From positions 355,384,001 through 355,448,000 of the forward strand of contig OZ024741.1 of assembly GCA_964016885.1 (NCBI GenBank): DNA of 64,000 nt. The letters run 5' to 3'. This DNA comes from Eledone cirrhosa (Eukaryota). The notes beneath the pieces were generated by a model that saw only the letters and a list, made by a program, of their open reading frames with translations, was not told the DNA's origin and searched no databases. A program made the position numbers and the translations under genes. Shown piece by piece: positions 35,740-49,693 of the stretch (within the stretch, counting starts at the first letter, position 1; the number at the start of each line of letters is the position of its first letter).

Positions 35740-37660
35740 ATCCATGAAAACCTCCACCTCATGCAATACATCATAGAGAAGGTGGCTAAGAAATCTGAGA
35801 CAGGTGGGGCCCTGATCAACTTATATCAATCGAAAGCTTTTCATAGGGTCCACCATTATTACCTGGTGGCAGTCCTCAAGGCAGCTGGTTTTAGACCTGT
35901 TTTCAGAGGATAGATCACTGCTATGCACAACGACATCTGCTCTGAAGTTAGAGCAAAAGGTTACCTTTTGGAACCAAACCATTCAACATTATGCACCCCG
36001 TCCACCAAGGTTGTTCCCTTCTTTTGTATTGACTCTCAAACCATTACTATACAAATTGGAGATGTTGAGGGGCATCCATCACAAACTAAGATGTGGGAGA
36101 TTCGGATTAGCATATGCCAACGAAGTCACTGTCGTAGTGTCAAACACCAAACACACTGTGGTGATTGACACTGCTCTCAGGGAGTACAAAGTAGTTACAG
36201 AAGCGAAAATTAACCAGGAAAAGTTGATGGGCTTGCAGCAGGTCCATGCTGTCAATCAACATCGTCAAGCACTGGATGGACAGACTGGTTAAAATGCTAG
36301 TGGTCTGGTTTGGACTGGACCTCTAGATGGACAAAAACTGGAATGAGATAATGAGCAGAGTGGCCTCTCTCACCCAGAAATTGGCCAAGAGGAAGCTATC
36401 CCTGAAAGGTTGGGCAGAGGTAGCAAGTGCATACACCATGTCCATAACTTACTACTGCCTTATCATCATGCTTTGTCCTGGTCCATGTCTGACTGAACTG
36501 AAGCTGTTACTCTTTTACTTTTTGTGGAAGGGACAGGTTCCACTGGTTAGGTGGTCCATTTGCTGTCAAGATCTGCTGTATGGAGGACTGGGCGTGCTAT
36601 GGCTGATAATGGGCAATCATGCACTGTGGCTATGACATCTCCAAATTTTCCTTGATAGTGAGCAGGCATGGTTGCTGAACTTGTTTTTCCTCAGCTCGCC
36701 TCCTTGATGGAACTGCAGTCATGGGTCAAGCGAAGGCCAACAGCGAGACTAGAATGACTTCAAGAGTTCACAGCCCTCTGCCAATCTAGCAGTGTGATTG
36801 GTGGAGACTCCACCTTGACATTCTATTGAGAGTTAGTGGAGGGTAAAAGTGATGACATTCTTGGGGAGCTCCTGAGCATCAATGATAATCAACTAGCCAA
36901 TCTTTTCCAGAGAACTTTTGATCCAGGACCTATGGATAATTTCCAGAAATTCCTGACATGGCAGTGCTACCAGGGAGCATTGCTAGTTCAAGATAAATTC
37001 TACAGGTATGGAAGTGCCATCAACCAGACTTGTCTAAGATGTGTGTAGTGTGACAAAACCATCCTTCACACACTTGTCAAGTGTCCGAGCATTGCTGACT
37101 TGTGGGCTTATGTACTGTCACATGTAGGATGGTTCTGGTTATCAGCTGAGTCTACCATGAAGATTTCCCTGCTGCCTTCCTTTAGCCGGAAAGAGCAGGA
37201 AGTTTTTATCTGCCGGGTGGCTGTGGCAAAAGAGGTTGTGAGATGGACACATCTGAAAGGGTTGAAACCAAAGCCCTGATCAACTTTTTCAGGTTTCATT
37301 TGAAGAGGAAAATCAGGGTGGAGAAGGAAGTGCTGTATTCCAAGCAGTTTGTTGAAAGATAGCCCTAGTGAATGAGTCTGCTCTAAGTGTGCACCTGTAG
37401 ATTGGAGGAGGACAACTGGGTGAGGGCACTTGACTTAGTGGTAAAAGTGACCATGGCTTTTTGTGAGCTTTCTCCATGTGTGACATTCGGAAGTCCCACC
37501 TATTGGGGAATTTATTTTGTTTGAATTTTTACATGTTTTTCCTTGTTTTTGTTAAAAACTTTTTACATACCAGAACCCACACTGTACTGTCCTGTGCTGT
37601 TCTTAATGTTTTCTTAATGTGAGCCCTGTGTGGCTCATAAAGAAACCCTTATTATTATAA
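35740..37660 (+). pseudogene. Decayed L1/Tx1-clade LINE (RT and C-terminal region)
   Basis: Fragments IHENLHLMQYIIE...INLYQSKAFHRVHH, AYANEVTV, RKLSLKG, FYFLWKG...GGLGV, CLRCV in shifting frames. Confidence 0.75.
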
Positions 37661-38133
37661 TTATTTGAAACTTCCATATTTTGCCAAGTGTTAAGCTGAC
37701 ACCTCAAACAAAATTTGGTAATAAACACATAAAATCAGAAATTATTATTATTATTATGGAGAAATTCATATCTTGAGTTAAAAATTAGTAATTTGGCCAC
37801 CACCCAGCTATCCTATCATTCAACAACACCACCACCTCCACCCGCCACTACGACCACACTAAAAATAAAGACATCAACGAAACAACGAAACAACCGTTAT
37901 TGTCACCACTAAAACAACCATCATGGCCATGACTGTCGCTGACTTGGTCTGTGACACCCTAACAAACCTTGCTAGCAGGGACCCCCAGACCCCATTTTAA
38001 ATGATGCTACTGATGATATAGGCTTAGGTTGAATTGACACTATGGTAAAAGAGACCCCCCCCCCCCTCCTCCCCACGCTGCCACTGCTACAGCTACCCCA
38101 CAAACACCACCAATACAACCAAAAAGATCTTAC

Positions 38134-38169
38134 CTGTGTTAAAAGTAGTAAATAAGTCCCTGTACCCAT
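38134..38169 (-). CDS. DSL-domain gene exon 1 (start codon, first part of signal peptide): MGTGTYLLLLTQ
   Basis: aaaacATGg context; strong donor CAG|gtaaga in phase 0; joined to exon 2 gives the hydrophobic signal peptide MGTGTYLLLLTQFVFIFG. Confidence 0.75.
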
Positions 38170-38239
38170 GTTTTCCTTAAAGTGTCTCTCTAGGTATGAC
38201 TCTTACTGACCATTCTGCTGTTGAATGATGGGATAGCTG

Positions 38240-38830
38240 GGTGGCAGTGGTGGTGGGGTTGATGGTGGTAGTTGTGGTGGTGGTGTTTGTGGTGGGTGTA
38301 GCAGTAGTAGTGGTGGTGGTGGTGATGGGGTTTGATGGTGGTAGTTGTGGTGGGTGTAGCAGTAGTAGTGGTAGTTGTAGTGGCAGTGGCAGTGGGGATG
38401 GCAGTTGTTGTGGTAGTAGTAGTGGTGGTGATAGGGATGATTGGGGTGTTGGTGGTAGTGATGATTGGGGTGTTGATAATACTTACAGTGATGGTGGCAG
38501 GGATGGCAGTTATGGTAGTAATTGCATGGTGGTGGTGGTTGTAGTGGTGGTAGTGGTTTTAGTGGCAGTAGTAGTAGTGGTGGTGGTGGTGGTGGTGATG
38601 GTGGTGGGAGTGGTGTTGGTGGTTGTAGTAGTGGTGGTGATAGGGATGTTTGGGGTGTTGGTGGTAGTGGTAGTGGTTTCAGTGGCAGTAGTAGTAGTAG
38701 AAGTAGTAGTAGTAGTTGTACTAGTAGTAGTAGTGGTGGTGGTGGTGGTGGTGGTGGTGGTGGTGGTGGTGGTGGTAGTAGTAGTAGCAGCAGCAGCAGC
38801 AGCAGCAGTGGGGGTGGGGTAGTAGTAGTT
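38240..38830. repeat. Degenerate (GGT/AGT)n microsatellite
   Basis: Trinucleotide low-complexity tract producing spurious poly-V, poly-T and poly-G ORFs. Confidence 0.9.
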
Positions 38831-39162
38831 GGTATTAGACAAACTGTGCTTTGAACAAGGAGGTAAATAAAGAGGTTGGGTGTAGTGCTATTGGAAGACT
38901 TAGAAAGAGAAGGACAGGTGTGTGCATGTGTGTATGTGTGTGTTTATATGTGTGTATAGATATGTGGGGCAATGAAGAGGGTGGAGCACTGGACTTTCTG
39001 GTGGTGTAGGTGGTGTAAGTGGTTTGGTGTTTGAATAAGTTTGCTTTCCTCTGAATTACGCACACCCAACCTGTTTCAAGGTGGTCAAAATTTCAAGAAG
39101 GGGGAGAGAGGAATTCTGGATGTGTAATGTCTTTGTATATATACATATGTTACATACATATA

Positions 39163-39221
<59 letters not shown>

Positions 39222-39262
39222 GTATATATATATATATATGTATGTATATATTTATATATATT

Positions 39263-39328
<66 letters not shown>

Positions 39329-39359
39329 TGTATATATATATAAATACAGGTATATATAT

Positions 39360-41010
39360 ATGAAGACGGGTAAGGCGGCTGGGCCTTCGGAAATAGTTGC
39401 CGAGATGCTGAAGGCATCTGGTACGGTGGGACACACCATGGTCACCCGGATAGTTAACCAAGTCGTACAGAATGGGGTTGTTCCGAAGGACTGGCGTAGC
39501 AGCATCATCGTTAACTGTTATAAGGGTAAAGGAGATGCCCTAGATAGGAGTAACTATAGAGGCATTAAATTAATCGACCAGGTCATGAAGGTCACGGAAA
39601 AAGTAATAGCGCAACTAATCAGAGAGAGAATTGATCTAGATGAAATGCAGTTCGGGTTTGTGTCAGGCAAAAGTACCACTGACGCTCTTTTCATTGTACG
39701 ACAACTACAGGAGAAGTACCTAGCTAAAAGTAAACCCCTCTACTTAGCTTTTGTCGACTTGGAGAAAGCCTTCGACAGAGTCCCCCGTTCCATTATCTGG
39801 TGGGCTCTTAGAAAACTATGTGTTAACGAATGGCTTGTGAGAGCTATACAAGCCATGTATAAAGAAACAGTCAGCAAGGTTACAATTAACAACGAATATA
39901 GTGAAGAGTTTAGCGTAAAAGTTGGCGTCCATCAGGGCTCTGTTCTCAGCCCCCTACTATTTATTATTGCCCTTCAGGCTATAACAGAGGAGTTCAAGAC
40001 CGGTTGCTCATGGGAACTCCTATACGCAGATGACCTAACACTCATAGCTGAATCAATGGCCGAGCTAGAGAAGAAATTTCAAACATGGAAGCACGGCCTA
40101 GAATCAAAAGGCCTTAAAATTAACCTGGCTAAGACTAAAGTTCTAGTTTGTAAGAAAGAAAATAAGGCGGCGGTCCCTTCCGAGAAGTGGCCATGCTCAG
40201 TGTGTAGGAAAGGCGTAGGTAGAAACTCCATTTTGTGTCCCAAATGCAAAGTATGGGTGCATAAAAGATGTAGTGGGATCACAGGTAAGCTAACTAAGAA
40301 CATAGATTTTACATGTGGCCGGTGCTCTGGTGCAATAAGTAGCAGCAAGTGCCCACAAAATACTAGCTCTTTCAACTGCGCAGAGGGTTCTATAGAAATA
40401 GTGGACAGCTTCCGTTACCTGGGTGACAAAATCAACAGTGGGGGAGGGTGCTCTGAAAGTACAGTAGCTAGAGTCAGAACTGGATGGAAAAAGTTCAGAG
40501 AGCTTATACCACTATTAGCCACTAAAGGGTTCTCCCTAAAAATGAAAGGCAGGTTGTACGATGCCTGCATACGAACAGCAATGTTGCATGGCAGTGAGAC
40601 CTGGGCATTGTGTGCAGAGGATATACGCAGACTAGAGAGAAACGAAGCTTGCATGCTCCGCTGGATGTGTAATAGTAATATACGTGAACGGCAAAGCATA
40701 AACGAACTAAGGAAAAAATTAGAAATAAGAGGGATCAGATGTTGTTTACTCGAGAGAAGGCTACGTTGGTATGGTCATGTGATGCGCATGAAGGACGATA
40801 GCTGTATAACAAAGTGCAGGGCAATAAAGATAGACGGTAGCCACGGAATAGGCAGACCCAGAAAAACCTGGGACGAGCTGATAAATTCCGACCTCACACA
40901 CTTACACCTCACCAAGACAATGTCACTGGACCGAGACCTTTGGCGGTACTCAGTAATAGAGAAGACCCGCCTTACCTAAATACAAAGTAAAACCTACTAC
41001 AGTCAGTAGG
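39360..41010 (+). mobile_element. 5'-truncated RTE LINE (sister subfamily) with an open RT region; its 3'UTR continues at 42838-43195
   Basis: [12 protein letters not shown]...YADD...PHD finger...WYGHVMRM open to the stop at 40979; upstream ORF residues are TA microsatellite. Confidence 0.93.
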
Positions 41011-42837
41011 CATCATCATCATCATCATCATCACCGTTTTACGTCCGTTCTTCCACGCTAGCATGGGTTAGACGGGTTGTCCTGTTGTGGGCAGTGTCTG
41101 GTCGGCTGACCATGCCTTGCTCATACAGGAACTGATCTGGCTTGATTTCTACAGCTGGATGCCCTTCCTAACACCAACCTCATTTACAGTGAGTGCTGGG
41201 TGCTTTTTCGTGGCGCCTACACGTCCACTTTACAGTGTGGGCTGGGTGCTTTTTTGCCGTGGCACCTCCACGACCACCTTGCGGTGGGAGGGGGGGGGGC
41301 ATGTTGTTTATATGCTTCAGCATGTACCCATGGGAGGTCGGGTACCCTGTATTACTGCGTGACGCCAGAAGTCACGGTCGTGTGTCATTGACTTTGAGAG
41401 GTGTAGTTGGGTAAGGTCGGCTTTTATCACCTCATCCCAAGTCATCTTGGGTCTCCCCACTCCGCGGTTTCCATCAACTTCTAGTGCTCTGCACCTTTTT
41501 ATGCAGCTGTCATCCTTCATACGCATCACATGTCCATACCAGCGTAACCGCCTCTCCTGCACGCAGCATTTGATTCCTCTTATGCTCAGTCTCTCTCTCA
41601 ATTCATTTATGCTTTGTCGTTCACGTATATTACTGTTACACATCCATCGGAGCATGCAGGCTTCGTTTCTCTCTAATCTACGTAAGTCTTCCACCTTCAG
41701 CGCCCAGGTCTCACTACCATGCAACATCGCTGTTCGGATACACGCATCATACAGTCTGCCTTTCATTCTGAGGGAGAAGCCTTTTGCAGCTAGCAGTGGT
41801 AGTAGTTCCCTAAACTTCTTCCATCCCGTTCTTACCCTAGTTATTGTACTTTCTGAGCACCCACCTCCGTTGCTAATTCGGTCACCTAGGTAGCAGAAGC
41901 TGTCTACTGTTTCTACAGGGCCCTCCCAGAGATTGGTGGTACTTGTTTCCTGTGGCTGTTTGCTTGCTGTTTCAGCACAGCTGCTGCATGTGAATCCTAC
42001 ATTCTTAATTAAGCTTCCTGAGATCCCGCTACACCTCTTGTGTACCCATTGTTTGCATTTGGGGCAAAGAATGGAGTTCCTACCTACACCTTTCCTACAT
42101 ACTGAGCAAGGCCATTTCCCTGAGGGGATCTGGGTTCTGTTTTCTCGTCTACTTATAAGGACCTTAGTCTTTGTCATGTTGACTTTGAGGCCCTTTCTCT
42201 CTAGTCCCTGCTTCCAGGTTTGGAATTTATTCTCTAGTTCTACCATAGATTCAGCTATGAGTGCGAGGTCATCAGCATACAGGAGTTCCCATGGGCATCC
42301 GGTCTTAAACTCCTCCGTTATTGCCTGCAGGACTATGATGAACAGGAGAGGGCTAAGAACAGAGCCCTGGTGGACCCCAACCTGTACGCTAAATTCCTCG
42401 CTATACTCATTGCCAATCCTAACTTTGCTGACTGCTCCCCTATACATGGCTTGTACCGCTTTCACAAGCCATTCATCTACTCCTAGTTTTCTAAGAGCCC
42501 ACCAGATTACTGCACGTGGAACTCTGTCAAAGGCTTTCTCAAGGTCGACAAATGCCAAGTAGAGTGGCTTACTTTTAGCTAGGTACTTTTCCTGTAATTG
42601 CCTCACAAGGAAGAGCGCATCAGTGGTGCCTTTCCCTGGTACAAACCCAAATTGCATCTCGTCTATATTCACCCGGTCCCTAATCAGCTGTGCTATAACT
42701 CTTTCTGTTACTTTCATGACCTGGTCCATCAACTTTATACCTCTATAGTTTCCTCTATCTAGTGCATCGCCTTTACCTTTGTAGCAGTTGACAATGATGC
42801 TACTGCTACAGTTGACAATGATGCTACTGCACCAATC
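41011..42837 (-). mobile_element. 5'-truncated RTE LINE, near-identical to 4204-6001
   Basis: Only a handful of nucleotide differences; (CAT)n tail at 41011; short tandem duplication (SSIIVNC twice) at the 5' truncation. Confidence 0.95.
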
Positions 42838-43195
42838 TAACAAAATACACCCCCGTCCCACCACCCCCACCCCATCCACACCGCCCCCTTTCAATGTAAA
42901 GTTATGTTGGTGCCACAACATCCAGGCCGAAACAAATGAGATCGTGTAGGTGTCACGTCAAAAAAACACACAGTTCACGCTGTAATGTGGCCGTGTAGGC
43001 AACACGGTAAAAACCTCCCAGCCCCACACTGTAAATGTGGTTGGTGTTAGGAAGGGCATCCAGCTGTAGAAAACCCGCCAGATAGTCCTATGCGAGCAAG
43101 ATAATCACTCTTGCCTCAAGTGGGAAAACCCCCGTCCAAACCCATGCAAGCGTGGAACACGGACGTTAAACGTTGATGATGATGATGATGATGAT
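42838..43195 (+). mobile_element. 3'UTR and (GAT)n tail of the plus-strand RTE copy
   Basis: GGTTGGTGTTAGGAAGGGCATCCAGCTGTAGAAA...GGACGTTAAACGTTGATGATGAT in the same orientation as 39360-41010. Confidence 0.75.
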
Positions 43196-44439
43196 ATATA
43201 TACATATATGTATACATATATGTATATATATATATATGTGTGTGTGTTTTAATGTATAAAGAAAATTAATTGACGCAAAATGGTACCACTTAAAATAAAA
43301 TTTCACCGGAGTTAGATTAGCAAAATTTGATGAACAAAATTTAATAAACAGAAATACCAAAGCAAACAACACAGTACAATGAAGAAATATATTACTTTAA
43401 TACTTGATATACTAGGAAAAGAATCTTTAAGTTTCGGACATTAGTCCTTCATCAAAATGAGAAATAAAAGATGAAATAGAAACATAGAGAAAAAGGAACA
43501 GAAAAAAATCTTTGAGAAAAAGTATGTGTATTCAGTCAGCCATTTATATGGCTATATATATAGATATATGTATTTATTTATGTAGTACGTATATATAAGT
43601 TAAGTTCTCAGAATGTCTTATTGTGTGTATATAGAGATATGTAATTTTATGATATGATTATATGGTTGTGTTGTTCAAACATCTCTATTGCAACCATGTG
43701 GTCTTGGATTTTATCCTAATGTGTGACAACCTGGGCAACTTTTTCTTACTATATCTCTGGGAAAACCAAGGTCTTATGTGTGAATTTGGTGGACTGAAAC
43801 TGTATGGAATCCCATTATATCTATTGTATGTGTATATTTGTGTTTCTGTATGTTTGTGTGTGTGTGCCTGTATGTCTGTTTGTATGTATATATGTGTGTG
43901 TGTCTGAATGTGTGTGTGTGTATATGTGCATGCATGTGTATATGTATTTCTGTGTGTGTATATGTTTATGTAAGTGTGTATGTTTGTGGATGTGTGCTTG
44001 TGAGTGCACGCATGTGCATGCATGTCTGTATGTTTGTGTATGTATGTGTGTGTGTGTGCATGCATGTCTGTATGCTTGTATGTGTATGCATGTATATGTG
44101 TGTGTGTGTGTATGCGCATGCACGCACACCTGTATCCGTTTATCTTCTCTTCCCATTCAATATCATAGATATTTGTTTATGTTCCACATAACCAGAAATC
44201 CCACTTGTCAGCAGTTAGACATATGAAGATCAATACTTTATTTAACACAAGTGAAGATTGATACCAAGAAGGGTATCAGACCATACCGTTCTCTTCATCA
44301 AGACTCCTCCAGCTAAGAATTGCTGATGTTCTTGCTAATTTTGTGTACATGTGCTAAGTGTTTTTTATATTGTTTGTTTTGAGTGAAAGGAGTAATGTTT
44401 TTAGTGTTAGAGATATATAATAAGACTCTTGTGTGTATT

Positions 44440-45630
44440 AATTTCAACTCTTCTAATTAATAATTGTATTGTTTCTTTCCAGGTAAACTGACATCTGGTT
44501 GTTAAAAGAAGACTTCAAAAGAAACTAGTAGTAACTTATCTTGAAAATGGACAAAATTTGGCATGGTGGTGTTATCAAGTACCTGCATAAAAAGGATCTA
44601 GTCCCCAAGGGCATTGATGCTGACATGATAGCTATATTAGGGGAAGACACTCCAGATTTATCAATAGTGCAAAAGTGGGTAGCTGAATTTAAGAGGGGAA
44701 GGGAGAGTCCAGAAGATGACCCAAGGTCTGGACATCCTGCAACTGCCACTACCATATAGGAAAACATTGATTGTGTTCACTGTGTGATGATGGATGACTA
44801 TAAATTAAATAGCCAATGCTATTAGTATATCCTGTGTGAGAGTTGAGAATATTCTACACATTGAACTTGGTATGATGAAGGTTTCTGCTTGGTGGTTGCC
44901 ATGTTTTCTGACATCTGATCAAAAATGCACCAAGCTGATCACATCATGAGAAAATTTGATATTATTTGAAGCAGATCCAGCTGGTTTCTTTGAATGTTTC
45001 CTAACCCAGGATGATTGTTGGGTTCATCACTTTGAGTCAAAGACAAAGAGACAATCCATGCAGTAGAAACATCCTTTCTCACCAGCTTGAAAGAAGGCCA
45101 AGGGTAGTTAGTTGACAGGGAAGGTGATGGTCTCAATAAACACAATGCCTTTTGGGATGCAAAAGGCATTGTGTTTATTGAATATCTTAAAAAGAGCCAC
45201 ATTATCAATGAAGACTACTATGCTAAGTTGCTGAGGCAGTTATGAAAGGTTATCATGACCAAATGCCCAGTAAAATTGACAAAAGTGGTCTTGTTTCATT
45301 AGGACACTGCTCCAGCACACAAGTCCTTGGTTTCAGTGGCTTTGAACTGGTTGATCACCTTCCCCATACTCCTGATTTGGCCCCATCTGACTATCAGCTG
45401 TTCCCCAACATGAAAAAACACTTAGCTCAGAACCAGTATTGCAGTGATGATGACATCATATCTACTATTGATGACTTTTTGACCAACAGGATGAAAGCTT
45501 CTTCACCAATGGGATCCAAGCACAACAACTGTCTGGACTGCAAGGGGGACTATGTTGAAAAATAAACCTCCTTTGGTCACATTCCATGAGAGTATCTTGG
45601 TCAGCCTATGAAATTTTCAGCCAACACTTG
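44440..45630 (+). mobile_element. Decayed mariner (DD34D-type) transposon
   Basis: HTH region VQKWVAEFKRGRESPEDDPRSGHP; FWDAKGIVFIEYL; HLPHTPDLAPSDYQLF (YSPDLAPSD motif); ends CKGDYVEK; multiple stops and frameshifts. Confidence 0.88.
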
Positions 45631-46049
45631 TACATGTAGCGTAAATGATGTGCTTACAGGTAACAGAATGGATTGAAAGAACTAAAACTAAAACTTGAGA
45701 TGAATAGTTCCTGTCTCAAAATTGTAGGCCTATGCTAACTGGCTTGATCAAGGGTGTTGATCAAAATATTGATCAAAGGGTGTTCAAGTCATGACCATCC
45801 TGTCTTTTTTTACCATTTAAAAAAAAACAATAGTGTACTTTAGGACTACATTATTGAATGAGTCCTATTTTAAGATGATGGGGTGTGGTTTGAAGGAGAT
45901 ATGACTGCTATTTCTGGTAATGCTGCTGTTGTTGCTTTGATATTTTTGTTATTGTTGATGGGCGAGCTTTTCTTTTGACACCCAGCAAAGTAAACAGTAT
46001 AAGAGTACACCACACCAACCACCACACATTGATCCTCTACTGCATACAA

Positions 46050-46345
46050 TTACCACTACCACCACCACCACCACCACCACCACCACCACCAATAACAACA
46101 ATAACACTTTCGCCCCCACCACCTTCAACAACTTTCACCATCACCACCAACAACAACACTATTACTTTCACAACCACCACTGACGCCACCACCACCACTA
46201 CCACCGCCGCCACCACTAACAACAATAACACTACCACTTTCATCATCACCAAAACTACTTTCACCACAACCAACAACAACTCCATCACTACCACTGCTAC
46301 CAACACAATCACCACCACCAACAATAATAACACAACCACCACCAT
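46050..46345. repeat. (ACC/AAC)n microsatellite
   Basis: Trinucleotide low-complexity tract. Confidence 0.85.
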
Positions 46346-47139
46346 AGTGTGTGTCATAGTATGTGACAGGGCTGGCCCTTTGATTTACAAGTATATTCTA
46401 TCCCACAAGCTTCCAAATAGTTTGTCTTCCCAGTTTTACTCACAAGGTTTGGGTTGATCCAAGGCTATGGTAAATGTCTATGATGTCACAAAGTGTACAA
46501 CAGCTACAACAACACTTTCTTCTCTCCTACTTCCAACAACAACAACAACTACTACTACTACTACTACTACAACCTACTTTATTATACTTATCAGAGGGGG
46601 GGGGGGGGGGGGCATGGGGCCATGGCCCCTCACCCCCCATATAATTACATATTTCTCTCCAAGCTACCAAAACACACATCTATTGGTATAAGCGCTACAA
46701 TTTATGTATATCTTGGTTGATATTTGATAATAACAGCTAAACCGGACTTAAGCAGTGGTGTAGCTAGTGTTAGTGACGCCAGGAGCAGTCTTTTACTTCA
46801 CAGCCCCACCTCAAAACACAACCCAAGTCACATTAAAAATGTCACACCAATCAGACAGCCCATGTCACCCCTCTTAACTTCACTAATTGACTGAAATAAG
46901 TACTGGGGTTGATATGATTGAGTAATACATTTGAAGATGGAACCCCAGCATAGCCGCAGTTCAGTGAATAATAGAAGAATGAAAGAATAGCGTTACAAAA
47001 AAAAAAAAAAAAAAAAAATGTTGTTGTTTAGCCACAAGTCAATCCACGCCATATGCCCTTAATTCCTGATGTAAACCTAGAAGTGCTATAATGGTATAGG
47101 GCTTGCCCAATCCTTTCCAGGTTGAACACAGCCGATTTC

Positions 47140-47190
<51 letters not shown>

Positions 47191-47432
47191 GAGAGAGAGA
47201 GAATGGAAAAATCAACCTCACTACTGGATTGCTACTTTATCTGGTTGGCAGTATCGATAAAGAGGCGGACGTCATGCTTTGCAGTATAGAGTTACGCCCC
47301 TTTACGGTCTGAGTTCAAATCCCGCCGAGGTTAACTTTACCTTTCGTCTTTACGGGGTCGATAAAACAAAGCACCAGTAATGCACAGGGATAATTGCTGG
47401 CTTTGTGCCAAAATTAGACAATTATTATAGCA

Positions 47433-48240
47433 CACCCCATTCGATTTCAGTGATTGAAAAAAGAACATTTCCTCGCTTTATTTTCTCCCCCGTGTGCTAA
47501 CAGCTAATTTGACATTCAAGATTCTGGTAATCAACTTTTTTCCCAGAGAACGGAGAGGGGTGGGTGGGTTCCCACTCCTCGGATAACTCCTCCCTTTCCT
47601 CGAACTTTTCACTACGATGTTTTTTTTTTGCGTGTTATCAACGAATAGGACCCACAAACCAGTCGGAAACGACTAGATTTGTAGAGTGAAAGGGGGCGAA
47701 AAGACTATCGGAGTTTCGCAGATCGATACACCTTTACGTTTGGTGGGAAATAATTATCTTTCCTCGGTTTTTTTCTGGACCCCTTAGAATAAGTATATTG
47801 CAAGCATCTAAGGCTTAGATGCTTGCAATATACTTTTTTCCCGGGTTAGGTTCAGGGATAGGGTTTCCGTTTTCCGGAAAATAAGTCGATTGCAAGCATC
47901 AAAGAGGTCCAGAACCCCACCCAACCCGAAAAAGCAAGAAAAGATAATTATTTGCCACCAAACGCAAGATGTGTGTAGATCTGCGAAACTCCGATGTCTT
48001 TTCGCCCTATTTCACCTTACATTTTCTACAAATCTAATTTTTCTGACTGGTTTGGAGGTTATATTCGTTGATAACACGCACCCACGGAGGAAGAATAAAG
48101 TAAGAGAAAATTCCGAGGAGAAGGGGGAGGGGGCAACTTCCTCCGTTCTCCGAGAAAAAAGTCGATTGCCAGAATCTTGGAGGTTAGATTAGTTGATAGC
48201 ACACGAAAAAATGTTTTCCCCACAGAAATCGAGTGGGGTT
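47433..48240. repeat. Diverged CpG-rich foldback element with ~350-bp inverted arms and a central perfect hairpin
   Basis: For example CAAGATTCTGGTAATCAACTTTTTTC vs GAAAAAAGTCGATTGCCAGAATCTTG, and GACTATCGGAGTTTCGCAGATC vs GATCTGCGAAACTCCGATGTC; perfect 22-bp hairpin at 47791-47835. Confidence 0.8.
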
Positions 48241-48556
48241 TTCTATAAATTTACCCTTTATTTATCATTAGAGAGGTTGCCCGGTACTCCTCGTCACGTT
48301 GCTGTCTTTTGCTCTAGTGTTGGCCCGGTTGTTCACTCCTTCCTTTACATTTTCTTTAATATTGTAACATTAAAAGAATCGCGAGCAATTTATAATGTTA
48401 TCTAAGCATTTGTAATGTTATTTATGTATATATTTAAAACATATTTGTTGTTATTCTACTATATGCTCTGTATATATTCGTTTTCACATTTCACAGCTCC
48501 TATTTACTTCTGTATATAATTGTTTCTACTTTTGGCACAAGGCCAGTACATTACTC

Positions 48557-49186
48557 CATCAGACACCTACCATACTCTGAACGCCTTGCTTCCCTGGGCA
48601 TGGATTCATTGAAGCTCCGACGTCTGGCAATGGACTTGGTGAATACCCACAAAGTTTTTAACCATCTCGCCAACTGCAACCCTGAGCGCCTCTTTGATCT
48701 CCATGTGTCTAACACACGTGGACATGCCTACAAGATAAGAAAACAGCACAGCTCCCATGACTTTCGCAGACATTTTTTCACGCTCAGAGTTGCTGAAGCA
48801 TGGAACAAACTGCCTGCGTCAATTGTTAGCTGCCGAGACACTGCATCCTTTAAGACACTCATGCTTCCCGAAATACGCCAAAACTACACCTGATGTACCC
48901 CTTCCATACACATGCACACATGTGTGTATCATGACTCGTGCACTGTTCATTTTACTGATGTTTGTGCATTGCCCTATGTACTGTACATGCACTTTTTTGA
49001 TGAGTTGTGGTGCACCTGGGCACTGTACACAATATTTCATTATTGTTATTGTTATTATATCATGACTCATACACTGTTTATTTTCCTGACATTTGTACAT
49101 TATTCTATGTACTATACATGCACCTTTGATGAGTTGTAGTGCACCTGAGCACTGTACACAATAATTTCATTATTATTATTATTATT
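48557..49186 (+). mobile_element. CR1-clade LINE 3' fragment inserted into a SINE
   Basis: ORF 48600..48893 (SLKLRRLAMDL...TRGHAYKI...FFTLRVAEAWNKLP); tandemly duplicated 3'UTR; (ATT)n tail; SINE halves at 48517-48556 and 49187-49325. Confidence 0.88.
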
Positions 49187-49693
49187 ACTGGTACTTTATT
49201 TTATCGACCCCGTAAGGATGAAAGGCAAAGTTAACCTCGGCGGGATTTGAACTCAGTTCGTAAAGGGACGAAACTGTGCTGCAAAGCATGGCGGCGTCTG
49301 ACCCTCTACAGATACTGCCAATCCACATAAGCACTAAATTTATCAACCTCGAAAGGATTCGAACTCAGCATTCTATCCAACTCGCTACCTTACAATTTCA
49401 GAAGTCCTATGATCAAATATGTGACGGTTACGATCAACCTATCTATTATTTAAGCAAATCAGGTTAAAAAAAAAAAAAAGAAAGAGAGTTAATGTATTTG
49501 AAACAGATGGACGTTGCTTCATGTTGCAAGAGGACAGGGAGATGTGTCTATTTATGTATTTACTGGTGAAATCTAATCCAAGGGAAGTAACTTCTATTGA
49601 ATATTTGCGAAACGAGGATGTCAAATATAAAAGGAAATTATTTTGATGATAAACCGCAAGAATAGGGGAGTTAATATTTTCATGTTGTTAAAA

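Noticed and set aside
38241-38854. Poly-V, poly-T and poly-G ORFs resembling mucin or membrane proteins (also 45975-46457)
   Set aside because: Trinucleotide repeats open in several frames on both strands; no splice or domain support.
39081-39359. N-terminal extension of the 632-aa ORF
   Set aside because: TA microsatellite fortuitously in frame with a 5'-truncated RT.
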